In this document: positions 18,011 through 26,029 of the stretch, piece after piece
How the letters are laid out: each line of letters opens with the position of its first letter
Position numbering within the stretch: position 1 is the stretch's first letter
Origin: an uncultured bacterium
GTDB lineage: Bacteria; Nitrospinota; Nitrospinia; CAJXCL01
NCBI GenBank assembly: GCA_965367285.1
Contig: CBDUII010000001.1
Span: forward strand, 1 to 27,611
Length of the DNA stretch: 27,611 bases
Reading direction: 5' to 3'
The notes under the pieces: generated by a model
The model's database searches: none
What the model saw: the letters and a program-made list of their open reading frames with translations, nothing else
What the model was told of the DNA's origin: nothing
Position numbers and translations under genes: made by a program

Positions 18011-18982
18011 GTGAATGAGTTAATAATGTTTTTTAAAAAAAATAAATTATTTTTCTTTCTATGTTTAGTAATGATTTTTACTTTATCAGTTTCTATGCCT
18101 GTTTTGGCTCAAGATGAAGATGAAGATGAAGCTGTAGAAAAAGCGCCTGAAAAAAAAGAAGAAAAAGCTCCGCAAGTGAGTGAAAAAGAACAACAACTTA
18201 GACAAACCCTTATGTCAAGTAAATATGATAATGAATCTCCTGGTATGCCACCGCTTGAAACGCAGAGTCGGGAAGATTTTCCGCCTCCCGCTTATATACC
18301 TGGACCGGATTCCTTTACCGATGAAAAACATCCTGTCTTCAAAGTTAGAAGAGATAATACAGCTTCATCCAAAAACAAATTTAATAGCTTTAATCGTTTA
18401 TTGAAATGGGACCATACTCCACCGTGGGCACACCCCACCGAAGACGGGTTGCATGATTCGACGATGGATTCAACACAAAATGAAATATTACCTCCGGAAT
18501 TGGGGATGAGTAATCTCTATCCGGATAAATTTGGTAATATGGTGAATTGGGTTACAGCAATGGGAGTTCCATCAGTGGCTATGCCTGATGTGCCAAACCC
18601 GGAGCAGCAAATAACTCCTCTTGAGCGAATAGGCCTGGAGTTTGAAGAAATGGGGTTTTTTGACTTAGAAGTAGAAATTCCAGCGGTAGGGTTAATTAAC
18701 AATGTAATATTTCCGCACGCTCCTCATACCGTCTGGTTAGCATGCAGCAATTGCCATGAAGCACAATCGTTTCCTGAGCCGATTTTCAATCCGGAAGAAG
18801 GCTCTAACCCTATTACAATGCGTGCTATTGTTGAAGGTAGATTCTGTGGGGTTTGTCATTCAGGCAGGTTGGAAAAAGTAGCTTTCCCTCTGGCAGATTG
18901 TAAACGATGCCACTCAGGACCGGATAAAACCGAACCAACAGGTATGAAAGATTATATGTTAGAACAATTGAAAAATCAGTAA
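18011..18982 (+). CDS. c7-type triheme cytochrome with signal peptide and acidic/Pro-rich N-terminal extension
   Basis: Signal ending VLA-QD; GNMVNWV, VIFPHAPHTVWLACSNCH, FCGVCH, DCKRCH. The true start may be ATG 18026. Confidence 0.86.
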   Translation: MNELIMFFKKNKLFFFLCLVMIFTLSVSMPVLAQDEDEDEAVEKAPEKKEEKAPQVSEKEQQLRQTLMSSKYDNESPGMPPLETQSREDFPPPAYIPGPDSFTDEKHPVFKVRRDNTASSKNKFNSFNRLLKWDHTPPWAHPTEDGLHDSTMDSTQNEILPPELGMSNLYPDKFGNMVNWVTAMGVPSVAMPDVPNPEQQITPLERIGLEFEEMGFFDLEVEIPAVGLINNVIFPHAPHTVWLACSNCHEAQSFPEPIFNPEEGSNPITMRAIVEGRFCGVCHSGRLEKVAFPLADCKRCHSGPDKTEPTGMKDYMLEQLKNQ

Positions 18983-19052
18983 TATTTTGAGCGACTCTAA
19001 TCAATAAAGTAATCTGTCAAGACAGAGAATATCTATTTTAAAAAATTGACGC

Positions 19053-19075
19053 TCCCCGTGGCAAAACCACGGGGA
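19053..19075. repeat. Perfect GC-rich hairpin between convergent genes (terminator or IS200/IS605-type end remnant)
   Basis: TCCCCGTGG CAAAA CCACGGGGA. Confidence 0.7.
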
Positions 19076-19094
19076 ATGCGCTCGTCAGGCACGT

Positions 19095-19343
19095 TCACAT
19101 TTCAACCCATTCTTCATTTCTTTTCTGAAAAATTCCTGCTGATAAGAGTTTATTTGAAAGACATATCTCAGTAACTTTTCGCGAAAGGTCCGTATTAAAC
19201 TCTAATGCAAGAGTGCATCTGGAACTGATTTTCCGTGGTTTTATCGTCGGCCGAACTCGTATCTGGTTCTGCTTTAAAAGTTTTTCAGCCGGCAGAGCGC
19301 CATGGTTGGAGTTGAAGACGGCTATTGCTTTTAGTTTGCTCAT
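19095..19343 (-). CDS. DUF3343-like small putative S/Se-carrier protein, copy 2
   Basis: PRKISSRCTLAL; paralog of 13420..13662 in the same orientation. Confidence 0.72.
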   Translation of the reverse strand: MSKLKAIAVFNSNHGALPAEKLLKQNQIRVRPTIKPRKISSRCTLALEFNTDLSRKVTEICLSNKLLSAGIFQKRNEEWVEM

Positions 19344-19491
19344 TGATGATCGGTCAGCTCCATGGGCTCCACAGGAAAATCAAAATTTAAACCAATTTGG
19401 AGATTTGCTGACTGCTGATAGCTGAACGCTTACAGGAATGACTATCATTGCAGGTTAATAAAATTATAAAAAGCAATACGGAGAAAATTCT

Positions 19492-20418
19492 ATTTTAAGT
19501 ATAATAATATGTAAACTTCATACAGGAAAAAAACATATTATATCTCGTTTATCACCATTAATTCTCGTACTAACCATTATTATCTGTAGTTGTAGTAAAG
19601 TCGAAAATACCCGTGTCAGACTGGATAAATATGGTGGAAATTTTGACAGCGAAACCTTTAACAAAATTGCCGAATCGGGTGATGAAAAGTTGTTAAAGCT
19701 TTTTCTCGATTCAGGAATACCGGCAGATTCAAGAAATATCCTGGGCAACACACCGCTCATTTCAGCCGCCAAAGAGGGGAAAACCGGAATTGTAAAAATC
19801 CTATTAAATAACGGAGCGGATATACAGGCTCAAAGCAAAAACGGGTGGACTCCTTTAACATATGGAGCTTTAAGCGGCATTGTTCCTATAGTAAAAATGC
19901 TTATTGAAGCAGGAGCGGATATACATAGTGTTAACGCGCATAAAGAGACAGCTTTAATGAAGGGCGCATTAGGGGGCAATCCGGCAGTAGTCAAGCTGCT
20001 ACTTGAAAACGGGGCAAGAATTGATGACAAAAATCATCAAGGATGGACGGCCATTATGTACGGGATGGTTGGTAAAGATCCTGGAGTGATAAAAACACTT
20101 ACATCCGCAGGGGCAAACATTAATGAAAAATATGTTTATGGTGAGACGCCTTTAATCGCCGCTGTTATATTAGGCGATGCAGATATAGTACGTATTCTGA
20201 TACCTGCCGGAGCAGATATTAATTTAAAAAGTGACACAGGGATGACTCCTCTAATGTACGCAGCAAAATACGGTCATTCAGAGGTTTTGGAGGAACTGCT
20301 AAAACATGGGGCAAAAATTAACGAAAAGAGTAATAACAGTTGGACTGCCCTGCAATTTGCCGAGGCAGGAGAACATGCTAAGATTGTAAGAATCCTGGAA
20401 AAGGCTGGTGCAAACTAA
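19492..20418 (+). CDS. Ankyrin-repeat protein, probable lipoprotein (start uncertain)
   Basis: Multiple GxTPL..AA..G...V..LL..GAD repeats. The frame is open from 19462 and encodes a hydrophobic signal with I-C-S-C (Cys at 19591), but has no in-frame ATG/GTG/TTG before 19690. Confidence 0.8.
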   Translation: MLSIIICKLHTGKKHIISRLSPLILVLTIIICSCSKVENTRVRLDKYGGNFDSETFNKIAESGDEKLLKLFLDSGIPADSRNILGNTPLISAAKEGKTGIVKILLNNGADIQAQSKNGWTPLTYGALSGIVPIVKMLIEAGADIHSVNAHKETALMKGALGGNPAVVKLLLENGARIDDKNHQGWTAIMYGMVGKDPGVIKTLTSAGANINEKYVYGETPLIAAVILGDADIVRILIPAGADINLKSDTGMTPLMYAAKYGHSEVLEELLKHGAKINEKSNNSWTALQFAEAGEHAKIVRILEKAGAN

Positions 20419-20489
20419 ATCAGGGACTGTCAGATATTAACTTTTGCGTATGACGCAGAATTTCTCAATAGAACAAAAAGTCTCGCGGA

Positions 20490-20570
20490 GCTTATCCTGA
20501 GTTCATCTGAGAGATTCTTCGCTTCGCTCAGAATGACAAAGCGAAGGGCTTAGAATGTACAAGCGAAGGG
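20490..20570. repeat. REP-like palindrome cluster between convergent genes
   Basis: GAGATTCTTCGCTTCGCTCAGAATGACA (20511-20538) plus two partial AAGCGAAGGGCT copies. Confidence 0.8.
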
Positions 20571-20600
20571 CTCGCCTTTTTACTCCAAAAAAGAAGATAA

Positions 20601-21779
20601 CTAACCTACTATTTTCTTTAATGAATCAATAAAATAGTCTGTTTCCTGGATTGTATTGAAAATGCTGAAACTCGTCCTGATTGTTCCCTCCGGGAATGTT
20701 CCGATAGTTTTGTGGGCGCAGGGAGAGCAATGCAGTCCAACCCGTACCATAATTTGATATTTTCGATCAAGCGCAGTCGCAATATCAGCAGGATCTTTAC
20801 CTTCTATATTAAATGAGACAACTGCGGTTTTTTCTTTTGATGACAGTGGACCATAGATGCGAACACGTTTAACCTCTTTTAACGTGTTTAAAAAAATTTC
20901 AGATAGCATATCTTCATGTTTCTTGATCGCTTGAATTGATTTTTTACTGATATATTCTATGCCTGCTTTGAGACCCGCTATTCCGAGAGTATTAAGTGTA
21001 CCACTCTGGAATCTATCCGGTAAAAAATCAGGCTGTTCGGATAACTCCGAATTACTGCCTGTTCCTCCCTCAATTAATGGTTTGAGATTCAACCCCTCAC
21101 TAATATACAAAAACCCGGTCCCCTGGGGTCCCAGAAGACCTTTGTGCCCCGGACATGCCAGCATACTTATCTTACTGTTCATCACGTCTATGGGTATTGT
21201 CCCAGCGGTTTGAGCCGCATCAACGAGGAAGGGAATGCCTTTTTTTGCCGCTATTTCGCTAATTTCCTCAACAGGCAAAATAGTGCCGGTTACGTTGGAT
21301 GCATGAGTTGTAACAATTAAGCGGGTATTTTTTTTTATTTCTTTAAGAACACTTTCAGAATTTAACTTCCCTTGTTTGTCGCATTGAACAACTGTTACCT
21401 TCACCCCGTCATTTTTTAAGGAATTTAATGGTCTGACAACGGAATTATGTTCCATGCCGGAGGTAATAACGTGATCGCCCGGTTTTAAAAGTCCTTTCAG
21501 TGCCAGGTTAAGCGCTTCCGTACCGTTTGAAGTAAAAACAATGTTTCTACTGTCAGGAATATTAAAGAATTCGGCTATAGTTTCTCTTGCTTCAAAGATA
21601 ATTCTGTTCGCTGACCGGGATAAAGAATGTTCCCCACGTCCCGGGTTTGCTCCAACGTGGTGTAGAGTATAATTAATCGCTTCGTAAACAGAAGGTGGTT
21701 TGGGATGAGAAGTTGCCGCATTATCAAAATACACCCCGTTAGAAAACTTAGGTGGTGCTTTGGAATCGATCTCTGTCAT
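20601..21779 (-). CDS. Cysteine desulfurase-family class V PLP enzyme
   Basis: YFDNAATSHPKP, GANPGRG, HASNVTG, DAAQTAG, GHKGLLGPQGTG, VRVGLHCSP. Likely start ATG 21779 rather than 21851. Confidence 0.9.
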   Translation of the reverse strand: MTEIDSKAPPKFSNGVYFDNAATSHPKPPSVYEAINYTLHHVGANPGRGEHSLSRSANRIIFEARETIAEFFNIPDSRNIVFTSNGTEALNLALKGLLKPGDHVITSGMEHNSVVRPLNSLKNDGVKVTVVQCDKQGKLNSESVLKEIKKNTRLIVTTHASNVTGTILPVEEISEIAAKKGIPFLVDAAQTAGTIPIDVMNSKISMLACPGHKGLLGPQGTGFLYISEGLNLKPLIEGGTGSNSELSEQPDFLPDRFQSGTLNTLGIAGLKAGIEYISKKSIQAIKKHEDMLSEIFLNTLKEVKRVRIYGPLSSKEKTAVVSFNIEGKDPADIATALDRKYQIMVRVGLHCSPCAHKTIGTFPEGTIRTSFSIFNTIQETDYFIDSLKKIVG

Positions 21780-21860
21780 ATAAACTTTTTTAGAAACGTG
21801 TTTTGCAGCCTGCCGAATTAATTGACACATCAAGTTAGGTGTTCGTTTCACTCACACTAA

Positions 21861-21936
21861 CTGATTACGCCGATTATGTTCAGATTACACAGATTTTTTA
21901 CTTGAATCAGCGTAATCCTAATCAAATCTGAGTAAT
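21861..21936. repeat. 9-mer-based inverted repeat hairpin
   Basis: GATTACGCCGATT..GATTACACAGATT versus AATCAGCGTAATC..AATCTGAGTAAT. Confidence 0.72.
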
Positions 21937-21975
21937 TATGTATAGAATCGAAATTCCTATACAATAAATAAGCCC

Positions 21976-22038
21976 GGTTGGTAGCTATCCGCTGTCAAAT
22001 TTTCATTTTACTGATCACTGATGGCTGACTGCTGAAAA
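21976..22038. repeat. CTGA-type heptamer array
   Basis: CTGATCA CTGATGG CTGACTG CTGAAAA (22011-22038); similar to GCTGACT GCTGATA GCTGAAC at 19407-19427. Confidence 0.6.
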
Positions 22039-22046
22039 CTATTTTA

Positions 22047-23063
22047 CTACGAATAGGCCTTGGTTATATCTTTCAAGGAAATATTGTCTTTGATAATAAA
22101 ATATATCCCGCCTATAGCTGTTACTCCCATTGAAAAAGCCCATGTGACAATTCCAAAACTTGCAGCCGTTGCCTCTGGCACACCAAAAATATCATGAAGC
22201 CCTACCATACAGGCTGCTTGAAACGAACCTATAAAACCGGGAGTAGGAAATATGGTGATAAAAATACAAATAATAATGAAGAGAATAATTAAAGAGGAAA
22301 AAGGAAGATATTGAAGATCAAACGCATAATAAAAGGGATAGTATGATAAAAGACTAAAAGTCCATAAAACCACTGATAAAAGAATTACTATTAAAGTTGT
22401 TTTAAAACTTTTTAAAACATGAAGGGCTTTCGTAAATGAATTGAGGGAATCTAATATTTTGATTTGCAAGCTTTCAGAAAACGGACGACATAAAAGTTTT
22501 AACCAGGAAATAGCCAGGTCTTGCTTATAAATTAACAATAGCGTTGCAAAAAAGAACAAAACAACAATTATCAGGCCAATCCATCCAAACATAACGATCT
22601 TTTCAATCATAGCAGTATCTCCTAAAGCACTTTTATTGCCAGATAATTCAGGTTGTAAAAAAAGGAGGCTTCCTATCATGAGGAGGATAACAGACATATC
22701 AAATACTCGCTCTACCACAATAGTAGCAAAGGAGGCGGAAAAAGAAATATTTTCTCTTTTCCCCAGCAAATAAGCTCGTATTAATTCTCCGAGCCTGGCT
22801 GGAAGCATATTTGCCATAAAGCCGATCATTACAGGGGAGAAAAGCCTATAGTGATGCACTTCTTTTACAGAAATAAGCAGATATTTCCAGCGCAATGCCC
22901 TGATATAATAATACAATATAAAAAAAAATAACGCCGGGAGCAGGTAAATAAAGTGCATGGATGCCAGTGCTTCGCTCAACTCTTTAAAAGAAACATTCCT
23001 GAACGTATAGTAGCAGGCCAGTGCGGCAATAATTAACCCTATGAAAAGGTGTATTTTTTTCAA
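22047..23063 (-). CDS. Lysylphosphatidylglycerol synthase TM-region (UPF0104, flippase-like) membrane protein
   Basis: RALRWKYLL, GFMANMLPARLGELIRAY, ATIVVERVFD, PTPGFIGSF; multiple TM segments. Confidence 0.88.
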   Translation of the reverse strand: MKKIHLFIGLIIAALACYYTFRNVSFKELSEALASMHFIYLLPALFFFILYYYIRALRWKYLLISVKEVHHYRLFSPVMIGFMANMLPARLGELIRAYLLGKRENISFSASFATIVVERVFDMSVILLMIGSLLFLQPELSGNKSALGDTAMIEKIVMFGWIGLIIVVLFFFATLLLIYKQDLAISWLKLLCRPFSESLQIKILDSLNSFTKALHVLKSFKTTLIVILLSVVLWTFSLLSYYPFYYAFDLQYLPFSSLIILFIIICIFITIFPTPGFIGSFQAACMVGLHDIFGVPEATAASFGIVTWAFSMGVTAIGGIYFIIKDNISLKDITKAYS

Positions 23064-23992
23064 CGCGAATCCTTTGCAATAATCTTTTTTGCTGAATCTA
23101 TATCTTTTTGAATTTGCATTTTCAACTCATCTGGCGATGCAAAAGCAGTTTCGTCCCTTATTTTTTCAATAAACGAAATTCTGACAGTCTCATTATACAG
23201 ATTTTCATTAAAATCAAATATGTGCACTTCAATGCTTAATTGATTTCTTTTGAAAGTAGGATTATAGCCTATATTGGCCACTCCATTAAATGTTTTCTTT
23301 TGGAAAACAACCTGAACCGCATATACTCCTGTCTGAGGTATCAAATTATCCTGGACGTCAATATTGGCTGTTGGAAAGCCCATTGCAGCACCTTTTTGAC
23401 AACCTCCAACAACCTGACCCTCCAGGCTATAAGGACGTCCTAAATAGCGAGACACTATATTAACATTTCCATTTAGCACCAGATCCCTTACCCGTGAACT
23501 GCTACTAATATCATCTTCTGTTTTAACCGGTTCCAATACCTCAACCTTAAAGCCATATTCGTTTCCCAGTTTCTCAAAGTACCCAAGAGTTCCGTCTCGT
23601 CCCTTTCCGAAATTAAAATCATGCCCTGCAAAAACTTCTTTTACACAAATTTTGTCTACCAATATACTTTTGGTAAATTCTCGAGGGCTCAGGGCAGCAA
23701 AGTCAGGAGTAAAATCGGCACAAATGACGAGATCAATTCCTATTTTTTCAATAAACTCCAATTTTTGATTAAATGTTGATAAAAGATGAGTGCTTTTCTC
23801 AGGCGATAATATTTTCCTCGGATGCGGTTCAAAAGTGAAGACAATTCCTGTTCCTTCAACTTCTTTACCCCTATCAACCACTTTTTTAAAAATGGCCTGG
23901 TGTCCTAAATGAACACCATCGAAATTCCCGATAGCAAGAACAGGATATGTTATCGATTCTTTAATATTTTGTATACCTTGAATTATCTTCAT
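23060..23992 (-). CDS. ribF: Bifunctional riboflavin kinase/FAD synthetase
   Basis: GNFDGVHLGHQ, FEPHP, SSSRVR, GFPTANI, NIGYNPTF, EVHIFDF. Confidence 0.95.
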   Translation of the reverse strand: MKIIQGIQNIKESITYPVLAIGNFDGVHLGHQAIFKKVVDRGKEVEGTGIVFTFEPHPRKILSPEKSTHLLSTFNQKLEFIEKIGIDLVICADFTPDFAALSPREFTKSILVDKICVKEVFAGHDFNFGKGRDGTLGYFEKLGNEYGFKVEVLEPVKTEDDISSSSRVRDLVLNGNVNIVSRYLGRPYSLEGQVVGGCQKGAAMGFPTANIDVQDNLIPQTGVYAVQVVFQKKTFNGVANIGYNPTFKRNQLSIEVHIFDFNENLYNETVRISFIEKIRDETAFASPDELKMQIQKDIDSAKKIIAKDSR

Positions 23993-24009
23993 AGTACGGT
24001 AAACCGCAA

Positions 24010-24170
24010 ATAAAAATCAAATTACAAACTGCAATTACAAATAAATTCCAATATTCAAGATTATAAATTATAAAAGCTTGAATTTTTAATGTTGGATTTC
24101 GCTTTTTTTTATTTTCTTATTTGGGCTATTGAGATTTATTTGTCATTTGTTTTTTGAGATTTGTTATTTT
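24010..24170. repeat. AT-rich tandem/inverted repeat hairpin
   Basis: AAATCAAATTACAAA..TTACAAATAAATTCCAA opposite TTGAGATTTATTTGTCATTTGTTTTTTGAGATTTG. Confidence 0.6.
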
Positions 24171-24242
24171 ATTAAATTCAATGTTTTGCTCAAAAATTCT
24201 TCCTCAAAAAAGAAGGTTTTATAGTGTAATAGTATAGTGTGC

Positions 24243-24400
24243 TTGTTGGTTATTGGTAACCGGTCATTAGTCATTGGGAGTTAGGATGATGGAGAAGGGA
24301 GTAATGAGCAGGCAGTCTGCAGTATGCAAAATGCTTATCATTAATACTCTTTACTGCATACTGAACTAATGCCCACCTACTAATGACAAATGACGAAATA
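24243..24400. repeat. Mosaic heptamer hairpin
   Basis: 13 in-register 7-mers (TTGTTGG TTATTGG TAACCGG TCATTAG TCATTGG..CAGTATG) followed by complementary units (CTGCATA..CTAATGA CAAATGA). Confidence 0.75.
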
Positions 24401-25213
24401 TCAGTGAATAGGGTTCAAATTGTAAGCAATAGCATCTGTCGGGCATTTTTTCGCGCATTCTTCAAGCCCGATATAACCATTGGAATAAGTTATAACAGCT
24501 AAATTATCGACCATTTTAATATTTTCAGGGTCCGGCTTTACACATAATGTGCATCCGATACAAGCGACTTTGCAGATTTTTTTTGCTATTTTCCCCGGAT
24601 CAAGGTTCTTACAATAAACGTGAAGCTTAATATCTGGAGAATGCAGTTCGATTAAATCTCTCGGGCATGCTTCAACGCATTTGTTGCAGGCTGTACAAGC
24701 GTCTTCATCAACCACGGGCAGTCCATTGGCGTTCATCCACATAGCGTTAAATTTACAAACATCCACACAATCGCTATAACCCAGGCAACCATATTTGCAT
24801 GATTTTTCTCCACCACCAACTTTTGCGGCTAAACTGCAGTCCGTTACTCCATAATAAATAGCCTTTTTCTCGGTTTCTTTATTCCCTCCCCTGCACAACA
24901 CTTTCGCAACTGTCTTTTGCACTGATTTTGCTTCCACACCCATAATCGAAGCAATGCGATGTGCCACTTCTTCACCGCCAACGGTACAGCCATTGACTTC
25001 AACAGTTCCTTTCACGACAGCTTCCGCAAAAGCGACACAGCCCGGCAGTCCGCAAACTCCGCAATTAGCTGCCGGTAAAATTTTATCTACTAAATCGATT
25101 TTTGGATCTACTTCTACCCTTAGTTTTTTGTCAGCAAACACTAAAAGAGCGGCAAAAAATAATCCCAGCCCGCCCATGCTCGACAGGCCAAGTAAATAAA
25201 GATTTTGTTCCAT
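24401..25213 (-). CDS. rnfB: Rnf electron transport complex subunit B
   Basis: N-terminal TM, LPAANCGVCGLPGC, CKYGCLGYSDCVDVCKFNA, CTACNKCVEACP, CIGCTLC. Confidence 0.92.
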   Translation of the reverse strand: MEQNLYLLGLSSMGGLGLFFAALLVFADKKLRVEVDPKIDLVDKILPAANCGVCGLPGCVAFAEAVVKGTVEVNGCTVGGEEVAHRIASIMGVEAKSVQKTVAKVLCRGGNKETEKKAIYYGVTDCSLAAKVGGGEKSCKYGCLGYSDCVDVCKFNAMWMNANGLPVVDEDACTACNKCVEACPRDLIELHSPDIKLHVYCKNLDPGKIAKKICKVACIGCTLCVKPDPENIKMVDNLAVITYSNGYIGLEECAKKCPTDAIAYNLNPIH

Positions 25214-25225
25214 AAAATTAATTCC

Positions 25226-25798
25226 TTACACGGAAACTAATCCCGCAAACCCCATAAAAGCAAGGGCAAGAAAACCGGCTACAATTAATGTAATGCCGGC
25301 TCCCTGTAATGGTAGCGGGACATCCGCCATCTCCAGTTCTTCTCTGATTCCAGCCATGATCACAATAGCTAATGTAAAACCAACGCCAGCCCCAATCCCG
25401 TAAACAATTGTCTGTATAAAACTGTAATCTCTCAATACAGCAAATAGAGCAAGGCCTAAAATCGCACAATTAGTGGTAATCAATGGCAAGAAAATCCCTA
25501 ACGCCCGGTAAAGAATCGGACTGGTTTTTTTGACAAACATCTCCACCAGCTGAACCATCGACGCGATGACTATAATAAATGATACATATTGTAAAAAGGG
25601 TACATGGATCAGGATATAGTGATTAATCAACCAGGAGGCTGCCGCGGTAATAACCATAACAAACGTTGTTGCCAGCCCTAAACTAAAAGCAGAGTCAATC
25701 TTATTCGATACACCAAGAAAAGGGCAGATACCTAAGAAGTAGCTAAAAACAAAGTTATTTACAATCGACGCGCTAATGAAAATCATAAATATTTCCAT
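25226..25798 (-). CDS. rnfA: Rnf electron transport complex subunit A
   Basis: NNFVFSYFLGICPFLG, LGIFLPLITTNCAILG, AGIREEL. Confidence 0.95.
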   Translation of the reverse strand: MEIFMIFISASIVNNFVFSYFLGICPFLGVSNKIDSAFSLGLATTFVMVITAAASWLINHYILIHVPFLQYVSFIIVIASMVQLVEMFVKKTSPILYRALGIFLPLITTNCAILGLALFAVLRDYSFIQTIVYGIGAGVGFTLAIVIMAGIREELEMADVPLPLQGAGITLIVAGFLALAFMGFAGLVSV

Positions 25799-25826
25799 GT
25801 TTTCCCCCTTAATAATTCCTCAAGTA

Positions 25827-25850
25827 AGATTCCCGCTTTAGCGGGAATCT
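25827..25850. repeat. Perfect REP-like palindrome between rnfE and rnfA
   Basis: AGATTCCCGC TTTA GCGGGAATCT. Confidence 0.8.
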
Positions 25851-25945
25851 CAACATTGAAATTCCCATACATACATTTAATTAAAACTTACATTCTGTAA
25901 AGGTACAAGTCTTTTTGTTTTTGTATCTGCTTTTTTTAATGTTAA

Positions 25946-26029
25946 TTGCCAACTGGTAATTGATAACTGTCCTCTGTTTACTGCCTACTATCCACTGTCT
26001 ATTGTTATCTGTCCTCTGTCTTCTGTTCA
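25946..26029. repeat. Twelve-unit heptamer array overlapping the rnfE stop
   Basis: TTGCCAA CTGGTAA TTGATAA CTGTCCT CTGTTTA CTGCCTA CTATCCA CTGTCTA TTGTTAT CTGTCCT CTGTCTT CTGTTCA. Confidence 0.78.

Noticed and set aside
16703-18982. Magnetosome (magnetochrome) genes
   Set aside because: The motifs fit c7-type triheme domains; no PDZ/protease domains or mam-like neighbours are seen.
13420-21779. Selenocysteine in DUF3343 or the desulfurase
   Set aside because: The conserved positions are Cys codons and no in-frame TGA interrupts these genes.
23993-24400. FMN riboswitch upstream of ribF
   Set aside because: No RFN consensus segments were seen; the region is explained by tandem-repeat hairpins.
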